Positions 8,022-18,671 of a DNA stretch of 64,000 bases are shown one piece after another (positions within the stretch are counted from its first letter, which is position 1; every line of letters starts with the position of its first letter). The notes under the pieces were generated by a model, which was not told where the DNA came from, did no database searches, and was given only the letters and a program-made list of their open reading frames with translations. Position numbers and translations under genes: made by a program. This stretch comes from Candidatus Latescibacterota bacterium. Lineage in GTDB: Bacteria > Latescibacterota > UBA2968 > GCA-2709665. The stretch covers positions 5,376,001 to 5,440,000 of the forward strand of contig OZ241917.1 in assembly GCA_965203805.1 (NCBI GenBank), read 5' to 3'.

Positions 8022-11000
8022 TCACGCCACCGCCCATCCCTCCGACAGCGCCTCCGCCTGTTCGATCACCGTCTGCGTGGCCTTTTCCTGCTTGTCTGGA
8101 GGATAGCCGTGCCTGCGCAGGATGCGCTTGACAAGGCGCCGCAGGTTTGCGCGGACGTTCTCGCGCAACGTCCAGTCGATGGTGACATTGTTGCGGACCG
8201 TTTCGACGAGTTGGCGGGCGATGTCGCGGAGCGTGTCGTCACCGAGCACCTGCACCGCGCTGTCGTTCGTTTCCAGTGCATCGTAGAAGGCCAGTTCCTC
8301 CTCCGAAAGCCCCAGCCGTTCGCCCCGTTCGTTCGCCTCCCGCATCTCTTTCGCCAGTTCGATCAGTTCCTCGATGACCTGCGCCGCCTCGATCGCGCGG
8401 TTCTGATACCGCCTCAGGGTCTGCTCCAGCATTTCGGCAAACGAACGGGCCTGCACGACGTTCTTGCGCCGCCTTGTGGAAACCTCGCCCTTCAGCAGCT
8501 TCTGCAGGAGTTCGATGGCCAGGTTGCGGCGCTCCATGCCGCGGACCTCGGCCAGGAACTCGTCCGACAACACCGAAATGTCGGGCTTTTCGAGGCCGGC
8601 CGCGGCGAAGATATCCATCACGCCCTCCGAGGCGACGGCGCTGGAGACGATCTGACGCACGGCAAGGTCCAACTCCTCCTGGGTATGTTTCTCGTCAGTC
8701 GTTCGCTTGGACAGGGCCGAACGGACGGCCTGGAAAAACGCCACGTCGTCCCGGATGCGCCGCGACTCCGGATGAGGCACGGCCAGCGCGTAGGCCTGGG
8801 ACAGCGCCCGCACCGCGTTCAGCCACCGGTCCTTGCCGTCTACCTGGGCCAGGACGTGTTCCTGGGCGGCAGGAAGCAGATTCAATCGCTCCGCCGGCGT
8901 GCCGTCGGTCCACGCGGCCCAATCGAACCCGTGCAACAGGCCGCAGCAGACCTCGTATTTCTCCTGCATCACCGCAACCGCTTCTCTCTGGTCCACGGCC
9001 GTATCGCCTGTGCCGCCGCTCTCGGTATACGTAGCCAATGCATGTTTCAGGTCCTGGGCGAGTCCCAGATAGTCCACGACGAGCCCGCCGGGCTTGTCCT
9101 TGAACACGCGATTCACCCTGGCGATGGCCTGCATCAGTCCATGGCCGCGCATCGGTTTGTCCACGTACATCGTGTGCAGGCTGGGCGCGTCGAACCCCGT
9201 CAGCCACATGTCCCGGACCAGCACAACCCGAAGGGGATCGCCGGCGTCTCTGAACCGGTTCGCAAGAGCCTCCCTGCGTGGCTTATTTCGGATGTGCTGC
9301 TGCCATTCGGGCGGATCGGATGCGGAACCGGTCATTACGACCTTGATCGATCCCCCTTCGTCAGCGTCACTATGCCAACCGGGACGCAGTCGGACCAGTT
9401 CGCGGTAGAGGTCGATGCAGATGCGGCGGCTCATGCAGACGACCATCGCCTTTCCGTCCAGCGCTTCGAGGCGCTGCTGGAAGTGGTTGACGATGTCCGA
9501 GGCGATCTGCTTGATCCGATTTTCTGCGCCGACGACCGCCTCTAACTGCGCCCACTTCGTCTTGAGCTTCTCCCGCCGCTCCACCTCTTCGCCCTCGGTG
9601 GCTTCCTCGAAATCGGGGTCGATCTTCGGCTTTTCGCGCTCGTCGAGGGACAGTTTCGCGAGGCGGCTTTCGTAGTAGATGGGCACCGTGGCCCCGTCCT
9701 GAACGGCGCGCCGGATGTCGTAGATGCTGATATAGTCGCCGAAGACAGCCCGCGTATTGGCGTCCTGAAGTTCTATCGGTGTCCCGGTGAAGCCGACGAA
9801 GGAGGCGTTGGGCAGGGCGTCTCGCATATGTCGCGCAAACCCGTCGATGAAGTCGTACTGGCTTCGGTGGGCCTCGTCGGCGATCACTACGATGTTGCGC
9901 CTGTCCGACAATTCAGGATGGCTGTCGCCCTTCTCTTCGGGGAAGAATTTCTGGATGGTGGTAAAGACCACACCCCCGGCGTTCACCGACAGCTTGTTCC
10001 TCAAGTCAGCCCGGCTCTCCGCCTGCGTTGGCGGCTGGCGCAACAGGTCCTGGCACCGCGAGAACGTGCCGTAGAGCTGGTCGTCCAGGTCGTTCCGGTC
10101 GGTAAGCACCACAACGGTTGGATTTTCCATTGCCGGTTCGCTGATGATGGCGCCGGTATAGAAAGCCATCGTCAGGCTCTTCCCCGACCCCTGCGTATGC
10201 CATACGACGCCGACGCGCCGGTCGCCGGGCTCTCCGCCGGGTTTCTGCCCCGTCTCGTACCTTCCACCGGTGTCCACGGATCGGTCAACTTTGCGGTGTA
10301 ACTCCGCTGCGCGAAGCGTTTCGTCAACCGCGTACCTCACCGCGTGGAACTGGTGATAACCCGCCATTTTCTTTTCCAGCGCGCCGCTGCCGTCGTCGTC
10401 GAAGACGATGAAGTCGCGTACGAGCGCAAGGAAACGGTTCTGTTCGAAGACGCCTTCCAGCATCACCTGAAGCTCGGCCAGGTGCTGGTCGGCCAGCGTC
10501 TCCCCGGCAACCGTGCGCCATGGCTTGAACCACTCCTTGCCCGAGGTCAGCGTGCCGATTCGGGCTTCCGTCCCGTCCGAGACCACGAGCATTTCATTCA
10601 TGGAGAACAGTGCGGGCAGTTCGGTCTTGTACGTCTGTAGCTGGTTCCAGGCCGTCCAGATTGTGGCGTCCTCGTCGGCCGGATTCTTCAGTTCGATGAT
10701 TCCGAGTGGCAGACCGTTGACAAACAGCACGATATCCGGCCTGCGGTTGTTGCTGTTTTCCGTGACAGTGAACTGATTGACCGCCAGCCAGTCGTTCCTG
10801 TCGGGTCTTGCGAAGTCAATGACGCGAACTTGGTCGCCGCGCACGTTTCCGCTGGAATCTCGATATTCGACGTTGACGCCGTTTACGAGCATCCGGTGAA
10901 ACGAACGGTTTCTTGCTTCCAGGGTCGATCCTTCGGGACGGGTCAGCATGCGGCACGCGTCGTCCAGGGCGGACAGGGGCAGGGAGGGGTTCAATTCAGC

Positions 11001-11165
11001 GAGGACGTCGCGAAGCCTGTGCTCCAGAACCACCTGTCGGTAGTCATCGCGCTCTGCGTCAGGCGTCTCCGGCGCGATATCCGGTCCGTGCAAAACCTGC
11101 CATCCGAGACCGGAGAGCCAGTCAAGAGCCGCCTGCTCGACGTCCGCTTCGGTGAGGGTGGTCAT
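8022..11165 (-). CDS. hsdR: Type I restriction enzyme R subunit
   Basis: [21 protein letters not shown] nuclease motif, [35 protein letters not shown]3387-like tail; start MTTLTEAD at 11165. Confidence 0.95.
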   Translation of the reverse strand: MTTLTEADVEQAALDWLSGLGWQVLHGPDIAPETPDAERDDYRQVVLEHRLRDVLAELNPSLPLSALDDACRMLTRPEGSTLEARNRSFHRMLVNGVNVEYRDSSGNVRGDQVRVIDFARPDRNDWLAVNQFTVTENSNNRRPDIVLFVNGLPLGIIELKNPADEDATIWTAWNQLQTYKTELPALFSMNEMLVVSDGTEARIGTLTSGKEWFKPWRTVAGETLADQHLAELQVMLEGVFEQNRFLALVRDFIVFDDDGSGALEKKMAGYHQFHAVRYAVDETLRAAELHRKVDRSVDTGGRYETGQKPGGEPGDRRVGVVWHTQGSGKSLTMAFYTGAIISEPAMENPTVVVLTDRNDLDDQLYGTFSRCQDLLRQPPTQAESRADLRNKLSVNAGGVVFTTIQKFFPEEKGDSHPELSDRRNIVVIADEAHRSQYDFIDGFARHMRDALPNASFVGFTGTPIELQDANTRAVFGDYISIYDIRRAVQDGATVPIYYESRLAKLSLDEREKPKIDPDFEEATEGEEVERREKLKTKWAQLEAVVGAENRIKQIASDIVNHFQQRLEALDGKAMVVCMSRRICIDLYRELVRLRPGWHSDADEGGSIKVVMTGSASDPPEWQQHIRNKPRREALANRFRDAGDPLRVVLVRDMWLTGFDAPSLHTMYVDKPMRGHGLMQAIARVNRVFKDKPGGLVVDYLGLAQDLKHALATYTESGGTGDTAVDQREAVAVMQEKYEVCCGLLHGFDWAAWTDGTPAERLNLLPAAQEHVLAQVDGKDRWLNAVRALSQAYALAVPHPESRRIRDDVAFFQAVRSALSKRTTDEKHTQEELDLAVRQIVSSAVASEGVMDIFAAAGLEKPDISVLSDEFLAEVRGMERRNLAIELLQKLLKGEVSTRRRKNVVQARSFAEMLEQTLRRYQNRAIEAAQVIEELIELAKEMREANERGERLGLSEEELAFYDALETNDSAVQVLGDDTLRDIARQLVETVRNNVTIDWTLRENVRANLRRLVKRILRRHGYPPDKQEKATQTVIEQAEALSEGWAVA

Positions 11166-11581
11166 GGGGGTTCCCAGGGGTTGACAATACGGACGTTCAA
11201 GTTGTCGAAGTCCCTCACGTTGCGAGTGACGACCGCCATATCGTTGGCCATCGCGGTTCCAGCTATGAGCGCGTCGCCAAGTCCCAACTCGCCGCCGCTC
11301 CGATGTACGCGCGCCTGCAGTACAGCAGCCCACTCGGCTTCCCGCCTCCCAATCGGCGATATGCGCCCTTCAAAGTCCGCCAGGAGCAGAGACAGCCATC
11401 TTCTTAAACTGTCACGGCGTCGGCCGTCCGGGAGGAGTTGCAAACCCAGTTCAAGTTCTTTGACGACGATAGCCGGAAGCCACAGATCATCCCCGGCGTT
11501 AAGATAGTCAATGACGGCTTGGTTCGGATTCTCCTTCGTCAGCTCCGAGACCACGTTCGTATCCAGGAGAAAACCGCTCAT
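11162..11581 (-). CDS. vapC: PIN-domain (VapC) toxin
   Basis: [11 protein letters not shown]...ELELG...DALIAGTA...VVTRNVRDF. Confidence 0.9.
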   Translation of the reverse strand: MSGFLLDTNVVSELTKENPNQAVIDYLNAGDDLWLPAIVVKELELGLQLLPDGRRRDSLRRWLSLLLADFEGRISPIGRREAEWAAVLQARVHRSGGELGLGDALIAGTAMANDMAVVTRNVRDFDNLNVRIVNPWEPP

Positions 11582-11856
11582 TCGTCTGATTCCTCGATGA
11601 AGGGAATCTTGCGGCCACTCTCGCGACGCCCAGGGATTTCAAGGTTCGTGCCGCGCGGCGTGTTTTCAACCAGCCACTGACCCAAGGGGATGGACGCCTG
11701 GTCTCGAGACTTCCATACGCGCTCGGGTACGACGACGAATGGCTTCTGCGCGCCGATGCGTTGCGGCCCCTCCTCCTCGGCAAGGCGGAGGATTTCGGAT
11801 AGCCGGGCCTTCGCCTCGGCCACGGTCCAGACACGTTGGGAATTGGTTTTTTGCAT
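11578..11856 (-). CDS. Phd/YefM family antitoxin
   Basis: WTVAEAKARLSEILRLAEEEGPQRI; 4-bp overlap with vapC. Confidence 0.85.
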   Translation of the reverse strand: MQKTNSQRVWTVAEAKARLSEILRLAEEEGPQRIGAQKPFVVVPERVWKSRDQASIPLGQWLVENTPRGTNLEIPGRRESGRKIPFIEESDE

Positions 11857-11984
11857 CGTGCATCTCCCCGTGAACGTCGATGTGGTCTAATACAGAAGAT
11901 CTTACTGGATCAAACTCGATTTGCTTTCCGTGCGATGACGTTGCGGCGCACAGACCTCCCTCTTCGCAGCGCGACGACTGGACG

Positions 11985-12230
<246 letters not shown>

Positions 12231-12231
12231 T

Positions 12232-12312
12232 CAGATCGTCTATGACGGCCCGGATCGGATTTTCCTTCGTCAACTCCGAGACCAGTTTCGTATCCAGGAG
12301 ATAACCGCTTAT
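12232..12312 (-). pseudogene. truncated vapC 5' fragment
   Basis: degenerate copy of the first ~80 nt of 11162-11581 with ATG changed to ATA; a shorter third copy lies at about 12960-13010. Confidence 0.7.
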
Positions 12313-12587
12313 TCGTCTGATTCCTCGATGAAAGAAATCTTGCGGCCACTCTCGCGACGCCCTGGGATTTCAAGGTTCGTGCCGCGCGGCGTATTTTCAA
12401 CCAGCCACTGACCCAAGGGGATGGACGCCTGGTCTCGAGACTTCCAAACGCGCTCGGGCACGACGACGAATGGCTTCTGCGCGCCGATGCGTTGCGGCCC
12501 CTCCTCCTCGGCAAGGCGGAGGATTTCGGATAGCCGGGCCTTCGCCTCGGCCACGGTCCAGACGCGTTGGGAATTGGTTTTTTGCAT
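12309..12587 (-). CDS. Phd/YefM family antitoxin, copy 2
   Basis: 91 of 92 aa identical to 11578-11856; offset 731 bp. Confidence 0.85.
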   Translation of the reverse strand: MQKTNSQRVWTVAEAKARLSEILRLAEEEGPQRIGAQKPFVVVPERVWKSRDQASIPLGQWLVENTPRGTNLEIPGRRESGRKISFIEESDE

Positions 12588-12715
12588 TGTGCATCTCCCC
12601 GTGAACGTCGATGTGGTCTAATACAGACGATCTTACTGGATCAAACTCGATTTGCTTTCCGTGCGATGACGTTGCGGCGCACAGACCTCCTTCTTCGCAG
12701 CGCCACGACTGGACG

Positions 12716-12943
12716 CTATTCGCTCAAGGGCGCTATCCGTTCCTTTTCCAACTCGGCAGCGTAGAGCAGGGTCGCGTGCACCGCCTCGCGCGATACGGAC
12801 GGATAGTTCTCGACGATCTCCTCAGCACTCAACCCTTCTGCCAGGCTGTCCGGAATGACCGTCGCCATGACCCGCGTGCCGGTAATGCAAGCCTTTCCGT
12901 GGCATATCGTGGGGTCTGATGAAATGTATTCTTGCCACCTCAT
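12716..12943 (-). CDS. DUF433 family protein, copy 2
   Basis: close paralogue of 11985-12212; offset 731 bp. Confidence 0.85.
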   Translation of the reverse strand: MRWQEYISSDPTICHGKACITGTRVMATVIPDSLAEGLSAEEIVENYPSVSREAVHATLLYAAELEKERIAPLSE

Positions 12944-13061
12944 ACTAACCCTCCTGGGCGTTCGGATCGTCTATGAAGGCCCGGTCCGGATTTTCCTTCG
13001 TCAACTCCGAACGAAGCATTCGCGCCAACGTACGTCGCACGAGGGTCGCCACGGCGTCCGC

Positions 13062-13304
13062 CTAGATTGCCGCCGCAATCGTTCGGGCATGCGTGAGATC
13101 AGCGCCATTAACGGGACGTGCGTGTGAGGGCGCCACGGTTGCTATATCCACCGTGGCGCCATCCAGAGACATGAACTCCACCACGAAGGCTGCTTTATCG
13201 CGATGGACGTGGATGATGGTGCCCACGTCGCCCGGTTTCAGTTCCTCCCCCTCGTCACCACGAACATCAGCGGTAAGTACGATTTGCTCATGTTCCTTGA
13301 ACAC
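13062..13304 (-). CDS. DUF4926 family protein
   Basis: MFKEHEQIVLTADV...LKPGDVGTIIHVH....FVVEFMSLDG.TV. Confidence 0.8.
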   Translation of the reverse strand: MFKEHEQIVLTADVRGDEGEELKPGDVGTIIHVHRDKAAFVVEFMSLDGATVDIATVAPSHARPVNGADLTHARTIAAAI

Positions 13305-13307
13305 TTC

Positions 13308-13646
13308 TCACCTCCTGCGTGGGTACGCGGTAATGAACCTGGGATGTACACTCCCGGTGTCAACTTGCCAGACGGTCCTTATTACGGGATTGCGCCCGTC
13401 CGGTGTCTCTATCCTGCCGTCAACATGATAGCGCGAACCGTATGCGGTCTCCGCAACTCGGGCGACCTCATGGGATGCGGCATGTTTTTTCAATGCCACC
13501 GAGAATTCCTCCCAGCGGTCTACGCTGAACCCGAACCTAAGGAAATAATCTGCCTTGGCTCTGCCACGCGGATTGACGGCCGTCAGCAGATAGTTCGTGA
13601 TCTTTCCCCGTTCGATCTGCGCCTGACGCACATTGGGTAGTTTCAA
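13308..13646 (-). CDS. DUF6883-like putative nuclease toxin
   Basis: TTG start; KLPN..A.I..KITNYLL...PRGRAKA.YF..FGF...TPDGRNPVIRTVWQ..PRFITAYP; directly upstream of DUF4926. Confidence 0.75.
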   Translation of the reverse strand: MKLPNVRQAQIERGKITNYLLTAVNPRGRAKADYFLRFGFSVDRWEEFSVALKKHAASHEVARVAETAYGSRYHVDGRIETPDGRNPVIRTVWQVDTGSVHPRFITAYPRRR

Positions 13647-13769
13647 TCGTCGCCTCTTGTCAGGCTGCTTCGCAGCAAGTCCGGATGTTCGTCGTGAACT
13701 CCAGCACTTCGGATACACCGGTTCCGGCCACGGTTGAGATCTTATCAAGCATCAGGGACACACTAACCG

Positions 13770-13833
13770 GTTCGTAGGCCACGTGCCAGACGAGGACCGA
13801 CTACTCGACGGCCGCTTCCGTGAGGGTGGTCAC
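13770..13833 (-). pseudogene. degenerate duplicate of the hsdR N-terminus
   Basis: GTG ACC ACC CTC ACG GAA GCG GCC GTC GAG TAG (VTTLTEAAVE*) vs hsd[12 protein letters not shown]. Confidence 0.65.
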
Positions 13834-15710
13834 TAGGTGCCTTTGAACTCTGCGGCTGTGAGATCTGAAGGGGTGGAGTTTATCACTTCCTCCATCAAAT
13901 CAAAGATCACCTGGAAACTCTTGAAGTCTTCATCCGTGCCATTATTGCAAAGCCACTCGCAGAGGTTCATTTTCTCGCTGCAATTGATAGTCCATGTCTC
14001 GGGAATAACGACTTCTATACCTCGCTTAGTGCTTTGATGTTCATGCTCAATGTCAATGAACGCCGGCTTATGCTGGCAAGCTTTATCCAATGTCGCCTTA
14101 CTGAACAAGTTCTCAATGCCTGCTTTTACTGGGTTACAGGGTTGTAATGGTACAGTGCGTTGAAAGAGGTTCCCTCTATCGCTGTTTCCCCTTTTCTCAT
14201 CGTAGTCGAATAGAAGTATCACTTTCTGAGGCATAAGATCGGCCATGGGGAGCTTAAAGCCTTTCCAAATGTTTGCCAAGTTCCCACTTCCACCACCGTC
14301 CCGGACTTCAAACCCGTTAATCAATGTCTCTCTTCCAAGTAGTTCTGCTGCCCTTTCTATGTACTTTGCGTCGGTTTCGCCCTCCGTCAACAAGATAGGC
14401 CCTTGAGCTTCTTGGACTGCTGTTCGCATGGCATCCGAAAACTTGACCGTTTCCGCAAACAACTGATATGCGTCTCCGAACTCACTGAACTCTTCGGCGC
14501 TAATTTGGTGTCCTTGAGGAAGGCGATATAGAGCAACGCCATCTTCTCCAAAGACCCTCTGCATGCCCAGAACAAATAGAGGCGAGTGTGTGGTTACAAC
14601 GAACTGAACCTTGGGGAACATCATGATGAGTTCAGGAAGAACTTCATACTGGTGAATCGCATGCAGGTGCAGGTCTATCTCATCCACCACGGTGATACCG
14701 CGAATGTCGGACGTGCTAGAAAATGGTGTGCCGCACAAGTCGAAGTCGCGTAGGATAGATAGGAACAGATTCAAGAGAGAGGTTTCCCCACTGGACAACT
14801 GAAAGATGTTTGGTACTATCTGCCTCGTTTGTGAACCATCGTCTGACATGATCGAAACAACTCTATTAGGTCGCCTACCGATCCCAAATCTGATCTCTTG
14901 CTTCCTTGCTATCGTTCTTACAATTCGCAGTGCCGTCTCGTATGAGTTAGCTGCATTTCCCGAGTATCCCAAGAACAAAGGGAATGGGACCGTCGTATTG
15001 CCATCCTTTATTGGCAGATTTACATGCTGCGTCTGAAGCTCAAAGGCAGCCCGATCATAGACCACATCAAATAACCAGTCTTGGTTTTCATGGAGCGGCG
15101 AAGATGCGATAACTCTACGACCGGTGTGGCCGGCGAGATTCCTTGTATCTCCATATCGAGCTTGGGCCTTCAAATTCTCCTCGTTCAACCACGCCGGTTC
15201 CTCAAAACGATTGAATGGGAAGTATAGGACAGAGTTTTTCGCGAATATCTCTTCGATTCTTCTCGTGGTGGTAGGATCAGATGTAAGGTTCGACTCGTAA
15301 TGGTCGTTCTCAGCGGGACTGATCTTCTCCCAAATGGCCTCGGCGGCGGTCCCTGAAATTCCCATGGGAACGTCAGAATACTCTTTTTTGTTACGCCACG
15401 TCCTTATTTCACTGACAAAGAAATCGCCATCAAAGTCAACTCTGCCGAAGTAGTATTCACTTCCCGGCTTGATGTAAGAACTACTACGGAGCTTGTATAC
15501 TTTGCCGGTCTCTACTTCTGGCGTTTCTGGGTAAGCGATACCTTTAGCCGCAAGCAGTCCGTTTACAATATGTGATAGCAGTATGCTCTTCCCAGAGCCG
15601 TTTTCACCCACCAAGACGACCGGCTTTGGAGTCTCGCCGTCGAAGGGAAATTCAATGTCGAGATTCTCGATGGGCCCGTAATTCGTCAGTTGTATTCGCT
15701 TTGTATACAT
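13833..15710 (-). CDS. ABC/AAA_21 ATPase with C-terminal TOPRIM-like domain (OLD-family nuclease-like)
   Basis: VGENGSGKS Walker A, QLSSGE signature, VVDEIDLHLH Walker B, TTHSP, then LLTEGETD...LFDYD; lower GC. Confidence 0.8.
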   Translation of the reverse strand: MYTKRIQLTNYGPIENLDIEFPFDGETPKPVVLVGENGSGKSILLSHIVNGLLAAKGIAYPETPEVETGKVYKLRSSSYIKPGSEYYFGRVDFDGDFFVSEIRTWRNKKEYSDVPMGISGTAAEAIWEKISPAENDHYESNLTSDPTTTRRIEEIFAKNSVLYFPFNRFEEPAWLNEENLKAQARYGDTRNLAGHTGRRVIASSPLHENQDWLFDVVYDRAAFELQTQHVNLPIKDGNTTVPFPLFLGYSGNAANSYETALRIVRTIARKQEIRFGIGRRPNRVVSIMSDDGSQTRQIVPNIFQLSSGETSLLNLFLSILRDFDLCGTPFSSTSDIRGITVVDEIDLHLHAIHQYEVLPELIMMFPKVQFVVTTHSPLFVLGMQRVFGEDGVALYRLPQGHQISAEEFSEFGDAYQLFAETVKFSDAMRTAVQEAQGPILLTEGETDAKYIERAAELLGRETLINGFEVRDGGGSGNLANIWKGFKLPMADLMPQKVILLFDYDEKRGNSDRGNLFQRTVPLQPCNPVKAGIENLFSKATLDKACQHKPAFIDIEHEHQSTKRGIEVVIPETWTINCSEKMNLCEWLCNNGTDEDFKSFQVIFDLMEEVINSTPSDLTAAEFKGT

Positions 15711-15720
15711 CGGTTTTTTC

Positions 15721-17139
15721 TCAGTTCGATTGAACTTCGATATCTCCCGACACCAGCTTCGGCAGTAGCGCATCACGCTGGGCGGTGAGGGCGAGTGATT
15801 CCTTGCGGTTGAACTCCATCTGAGCAAACAAAGGGCTAACCAATATGCTGAACTCATTCCAGGTTTCTGCGGGTGGGTTGGGAAGAGTGTAGGGAGCTAA
15901 TGCGTCACCCTGGACGCGTTGCCGTCCCGATGTACCTGTCATGCTCTGAATCGCGTGTTCCCGGAACGCCATTTCACGGGCCAAGAGGTATGTGTACTCA
16001 GGTGGAACAGGTGGAATGGCCCGTAACACAATGAATTCTGTCGATCCCCAACCCACAGTGTCATCTGACAACAATTGGACGAAAGCGGTCTTGCCGTTTT
16101 CCAAACAGGGCGTTATGCGTGCAAACAAAGTATCTCCGTCGCGAAAGCGCGTACCGGACTTAAACTCTCGCAACACCGGAGTGCTTGGACTAGACCCAAA
16201 CGTCGGAAGGGATGCCATATCAAGGTATGGTGCCACGGTCCCCCGCTTCATTGGCTCTGTGGGATTCAACTCCACCACCTCCCCCAATGCCTTAACCTCC
16301 CACCCCTCCGGTATCTCGCCCAATTCCGAGTCGACAAAGTGATTGGGAAACAGCGCCGCGATGGACGGATCCATTTTGTCGAGATACGCGTGCGCCCGCT
16401 TCACAGTCCATCCCGGTGACCCTTTGCCGTCAGTTACCCCTTGGGCGGGAATCGTGCCGTGATGAGCGTCCGATCCCGAGCCAGCGTGTTTTCGGAGCGT
16501 GGCTTTGGCGTGGACAGGATCGAAGTCGACGAACCAGGACTTGAAGAGCGTCCGCGCCAACTCCTCCAGCGTTTCGTTCATCCGCCGGTTCAACTCAATT
16601 TTGTTGTCCAACGTGCCCAGTACATGGGCGATTTCCCTTTGCTCCCGTAGGGGAGGGATGGAGATTTCCAGAGACTCAATCATCCCTTTCGTGAGGGCAT
16701 TTCGAGTGCCCCCTGAACCTGCCCAAGACAGTAGTAGGGTCTGCATTTCCGGAGACACGAGGCAGTAGCGCAGATACCCCGCATCGAGATTGACTGAGTC
16801 CGGCCGGATGATCGCCACATGTTGATTGACGCGCGCAGGCAGCACGTCTGGCACAACCTGACACACCCTGGCGACCGAATCGCCCGTGATGTTGAGCAGT
16901 ACGTCGTTCTCGAAGACCTCCACGTTTCGTAACTCATCGGCATGATGTTCACCGATAAACGCCAAACCATCGCGATGGAAGCCATCGTTGTACACGTTCT
17001 GGCTGCGTATCAAGCTATAGGGACCGTCTTGCAGGTAGACATCCTTCCCGCCACGTGGCGTCGCACCGCTGCCAATCTTGGCACATACATCACCGAGCAG
17101 GACCTCCCGCCACTTGCTCTGAGGGTCCGTGTTATCCAT
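15721..17139 (-). CDS. hsdS: Type I restriction enzyme S subunit
   Basis: KIGSGATP, PPLREQREIAHVLGTLDNKIELNRRMNETLE, SELGEIPEGW, RDALLPKLVSG; alternative start 17190. Confidence 0.93.
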   Translation of the reverse strand: MDNTDPQSKWREVLLGDVCAKIGSGATPRGGKDVYLQDGPYSLIRSQNVYNDGFHRDGLAFIGEHHADELRNVEVFENDVLLNITGDSVARVCQVVPDVLPARVNQHVAIIRPDSVNLDAGYLRYCLVSPEMQTLLLSWAGSGGTRNALTKGMIESLEISIPPLREQREIAHVLGTLDNKIELNRRMNETLEELARTLFKSWFVDFDPVHAKATLRKHAGSGSDAHHGTIPAQGVTDGKGSPGWTVKRAHAYLDKMDPSIAALFPNHFVDSELGEIPEGWEVKALGEVVELNPTEPMKRGTVAPYLDMASLPTFGSSPSTPVLREFKSGTRFRDGDTLFARITPCLENGKTAFVQLLSDDTVGWGSTEFIVLRAIPPVPPEYTYLLAREMAFREHAIQSMTGTSGRQRVQGDALAPYTLPNPPAETWNEFSILVSPLFAQMEFNRKESLALTAQRDALLPKLVSGDIEVQSN

Positions 17140-17195
17140 GCTCACTCCACCTTGCAGAACCCTGTAGTCTTGCGTAGCCACAATCGCCATTCCCC

Positions 17196-17438
17196 TCAGT
17201 TCGATATCCGTCGCAAGACCAGAGCATCGACCACATCGGCGCCGTCACGCGCGCTGCCATTCGGGCCGGGGTCTCCGTGCCTACCTTCCCAATCGCGCCT
17301 CCCGGTGTTCAAGGCTATCTTGACCAGTGACATCTGCTCCGGCGCCAGGTCGTCATACCCTTCTTCGTAACCGTTCACCACTACGCGCAGGTCAGGTGGG
17401 TAGTTTGCCAACAGTTGTACCAGTTCAGCAACGGTCAT
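17196..17438 (-). CDS. hypothetical protein
   Basis: 80 aa, GGAGG RBS, MTVAELVQLLANYPPDLRVVVNGYEEGYDDL. Confidence 0.65.
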   Translation of the reverse strand: MTVAELVQLLANYPPDLRVVVNGYEEGYDDLAPEQMSLVKIALNTGRRDWEGRHGDPGPNGSARDGADVVDALVLRRISN

Positions 17439-17660
17439 GCTTCCTCCATGAGGGCGTCAACCTCAAGACTGAGGGTTGTAAGATCGGTTTCAATGACAAA
17501 CCGCACTGCCCGGTCGTTCACGTCAGCGTAGCCGTGGATCAGTATATTGCGAAAACCGATGATCTGCTCGTACTCGCTTATCCGGGAGACAATTTGCGGG
17601 GCAAGTTTTGCCAGACGATTCACTGCTTCACCGATGAATACATATTCCCACTCCAATGCA
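17435..17660 (-). pseudogene. HepT/DUF86 (HEPN) RNase, C-terminal half only
   Basis: IGEAVNRL...IIGFRNILIHGYADV (R-X4-H motif); N-terminal half replaced by a REP module. Confidence 0.75.
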
Positions 17661-17758
17661 ACGCGTCACATTGGTTCTCCCGTCCAACAATCAGACCCTC
17701 TCCCACTGGGAGAGGGTGACGCGCAGCGTCGGGTGAGGGCGTGCCTCGTAGCACTGGA

Positions 17759-17932
17759 CTAAGGCACCAGCTCGCCGTCTTCCCTCATTCCCTCGATGTG
17801 AAATTCAATGGCCTCCCGAATCTCTTTGAGCAATTCTGCCCTGGTGTTCGCGGTGGCGACGCAGCCGGGCAGGTCGGTTACGTAGGCCGCGTCGTTGTTC
17901 GGGATCCTCTCGATCACAACGGTATATTTCAT
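17759..17932 (-). CDS. hicB: HicB family antitoxin (57 aa)
   Basis: MKYTVVIE...AYVTDLPGCVATANT..E..EIREAIEFHIEGMREDG; no hicA seen. Confidence 0.8.
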   Translation of the reverse strand: MKYTVVIERIPNNDAAYVTDLPGCVATANTRAELLKEIREAIEFHIEGMREDGELVP

Positions 17933-18042
17933 AGTCTGAATTCCTTGCTCAAACCCAATGGTCACAAGATGCTGTTCAACTCTCACGGAGGCAATCAACG
18001 TTTACTAACGCACCCGCCGGATTGTCGTCGAAGATTGCGATG

Positions 18043-18666
18043 CTAGGACTCCTCTACCCAAAAGGGCTGGCATAGCTCTGCGGAGATATCCCTTGTTAAT
18101 TCGGGGTAATCGGCGCACAGAACATCGGGTGTTATTTCGCCTATACGTTTCTTGCGGTATACGCGGATGCGTTTAACAGCTTCAGTCAGTTTAGGAATGA
18201 GTGGTTTGACGAGTTTTTCCGCTGTAGCATACGGTTCTTCATGACACGCCGCCTCAGACACTCGATCATTCTGGAACCACGTCGCGAGACCCTCTTCGAG
18301 CACGTTAGCAGTACGCCCCTCGATTTTCGGACACCATGGGTCGAGTAGGTGGACGCATTCATGCGCAAGCTGCCACCTCGCACGGATTGGGTCCGTAAGC
18401 GCGTTTTTGTTTAGACGGATAACAATGTGTTTCGACCTTCTTTCCACGCCACCTGTTGCAATGCCGCTGTTTGGAAACCAGATCATTGGCGGATTGTCTG
18501 GAGTTTTGTCTATGTCGATACCGACCAAAGTAAACGAGTGGTCACGCTGCCCGAACAAGCGTTCAATGTCCGCCAAGAATTGACTGGTCCACTCGGTCAG
18601 CGGTATTGGGCTATAGCTGCCGTCCTTCGTGTACTTGGTAACAAATAGTGAATCGATGACACTCAT
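18043..18666 (-). CDS. putative Zn metallopeptidase (HExxH; ImmA/IrrE-like)
   Basis: WQLAHECVHLLD...LEEGLA. Confidence 0.6.
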   Translation of the reverse strand: MSVIDSLFVTKYTKDGSYSPIPLTEWTSQFLADIERLFGQRDHSFTLVGIDIDKTPDNPPMIWFPNSGIATGGVERRSKHIVIRLNKNALTDPIRARWQLAHECVHLLDPWCPKIEGRTANVLEEGLATWFQNDRVSEAACHEEPYATAEKLVKPLIPKLTEAVKRIRVYRKKRIGEITPDVLCADYPELTRDISAELCQPFWVEES

Positions 18667-18671
18667 AGGTG

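Noticed and set aside
8109-9545. Long plus-strand ORF (478 aa) and similar long antisense ORFs (27067-28977, 39207-41288, 41845-43740, 44380-45738)
   Set aside because: Shadow ORFs opposite well-supported genes in GC-rich DNA.
15721-17139. Invertible hsdS shufflon (phase-variable specificity)
   Set aside because: Only one hsdS, with no silent TRD copies, flanking inverted repeats or recombinase seen.
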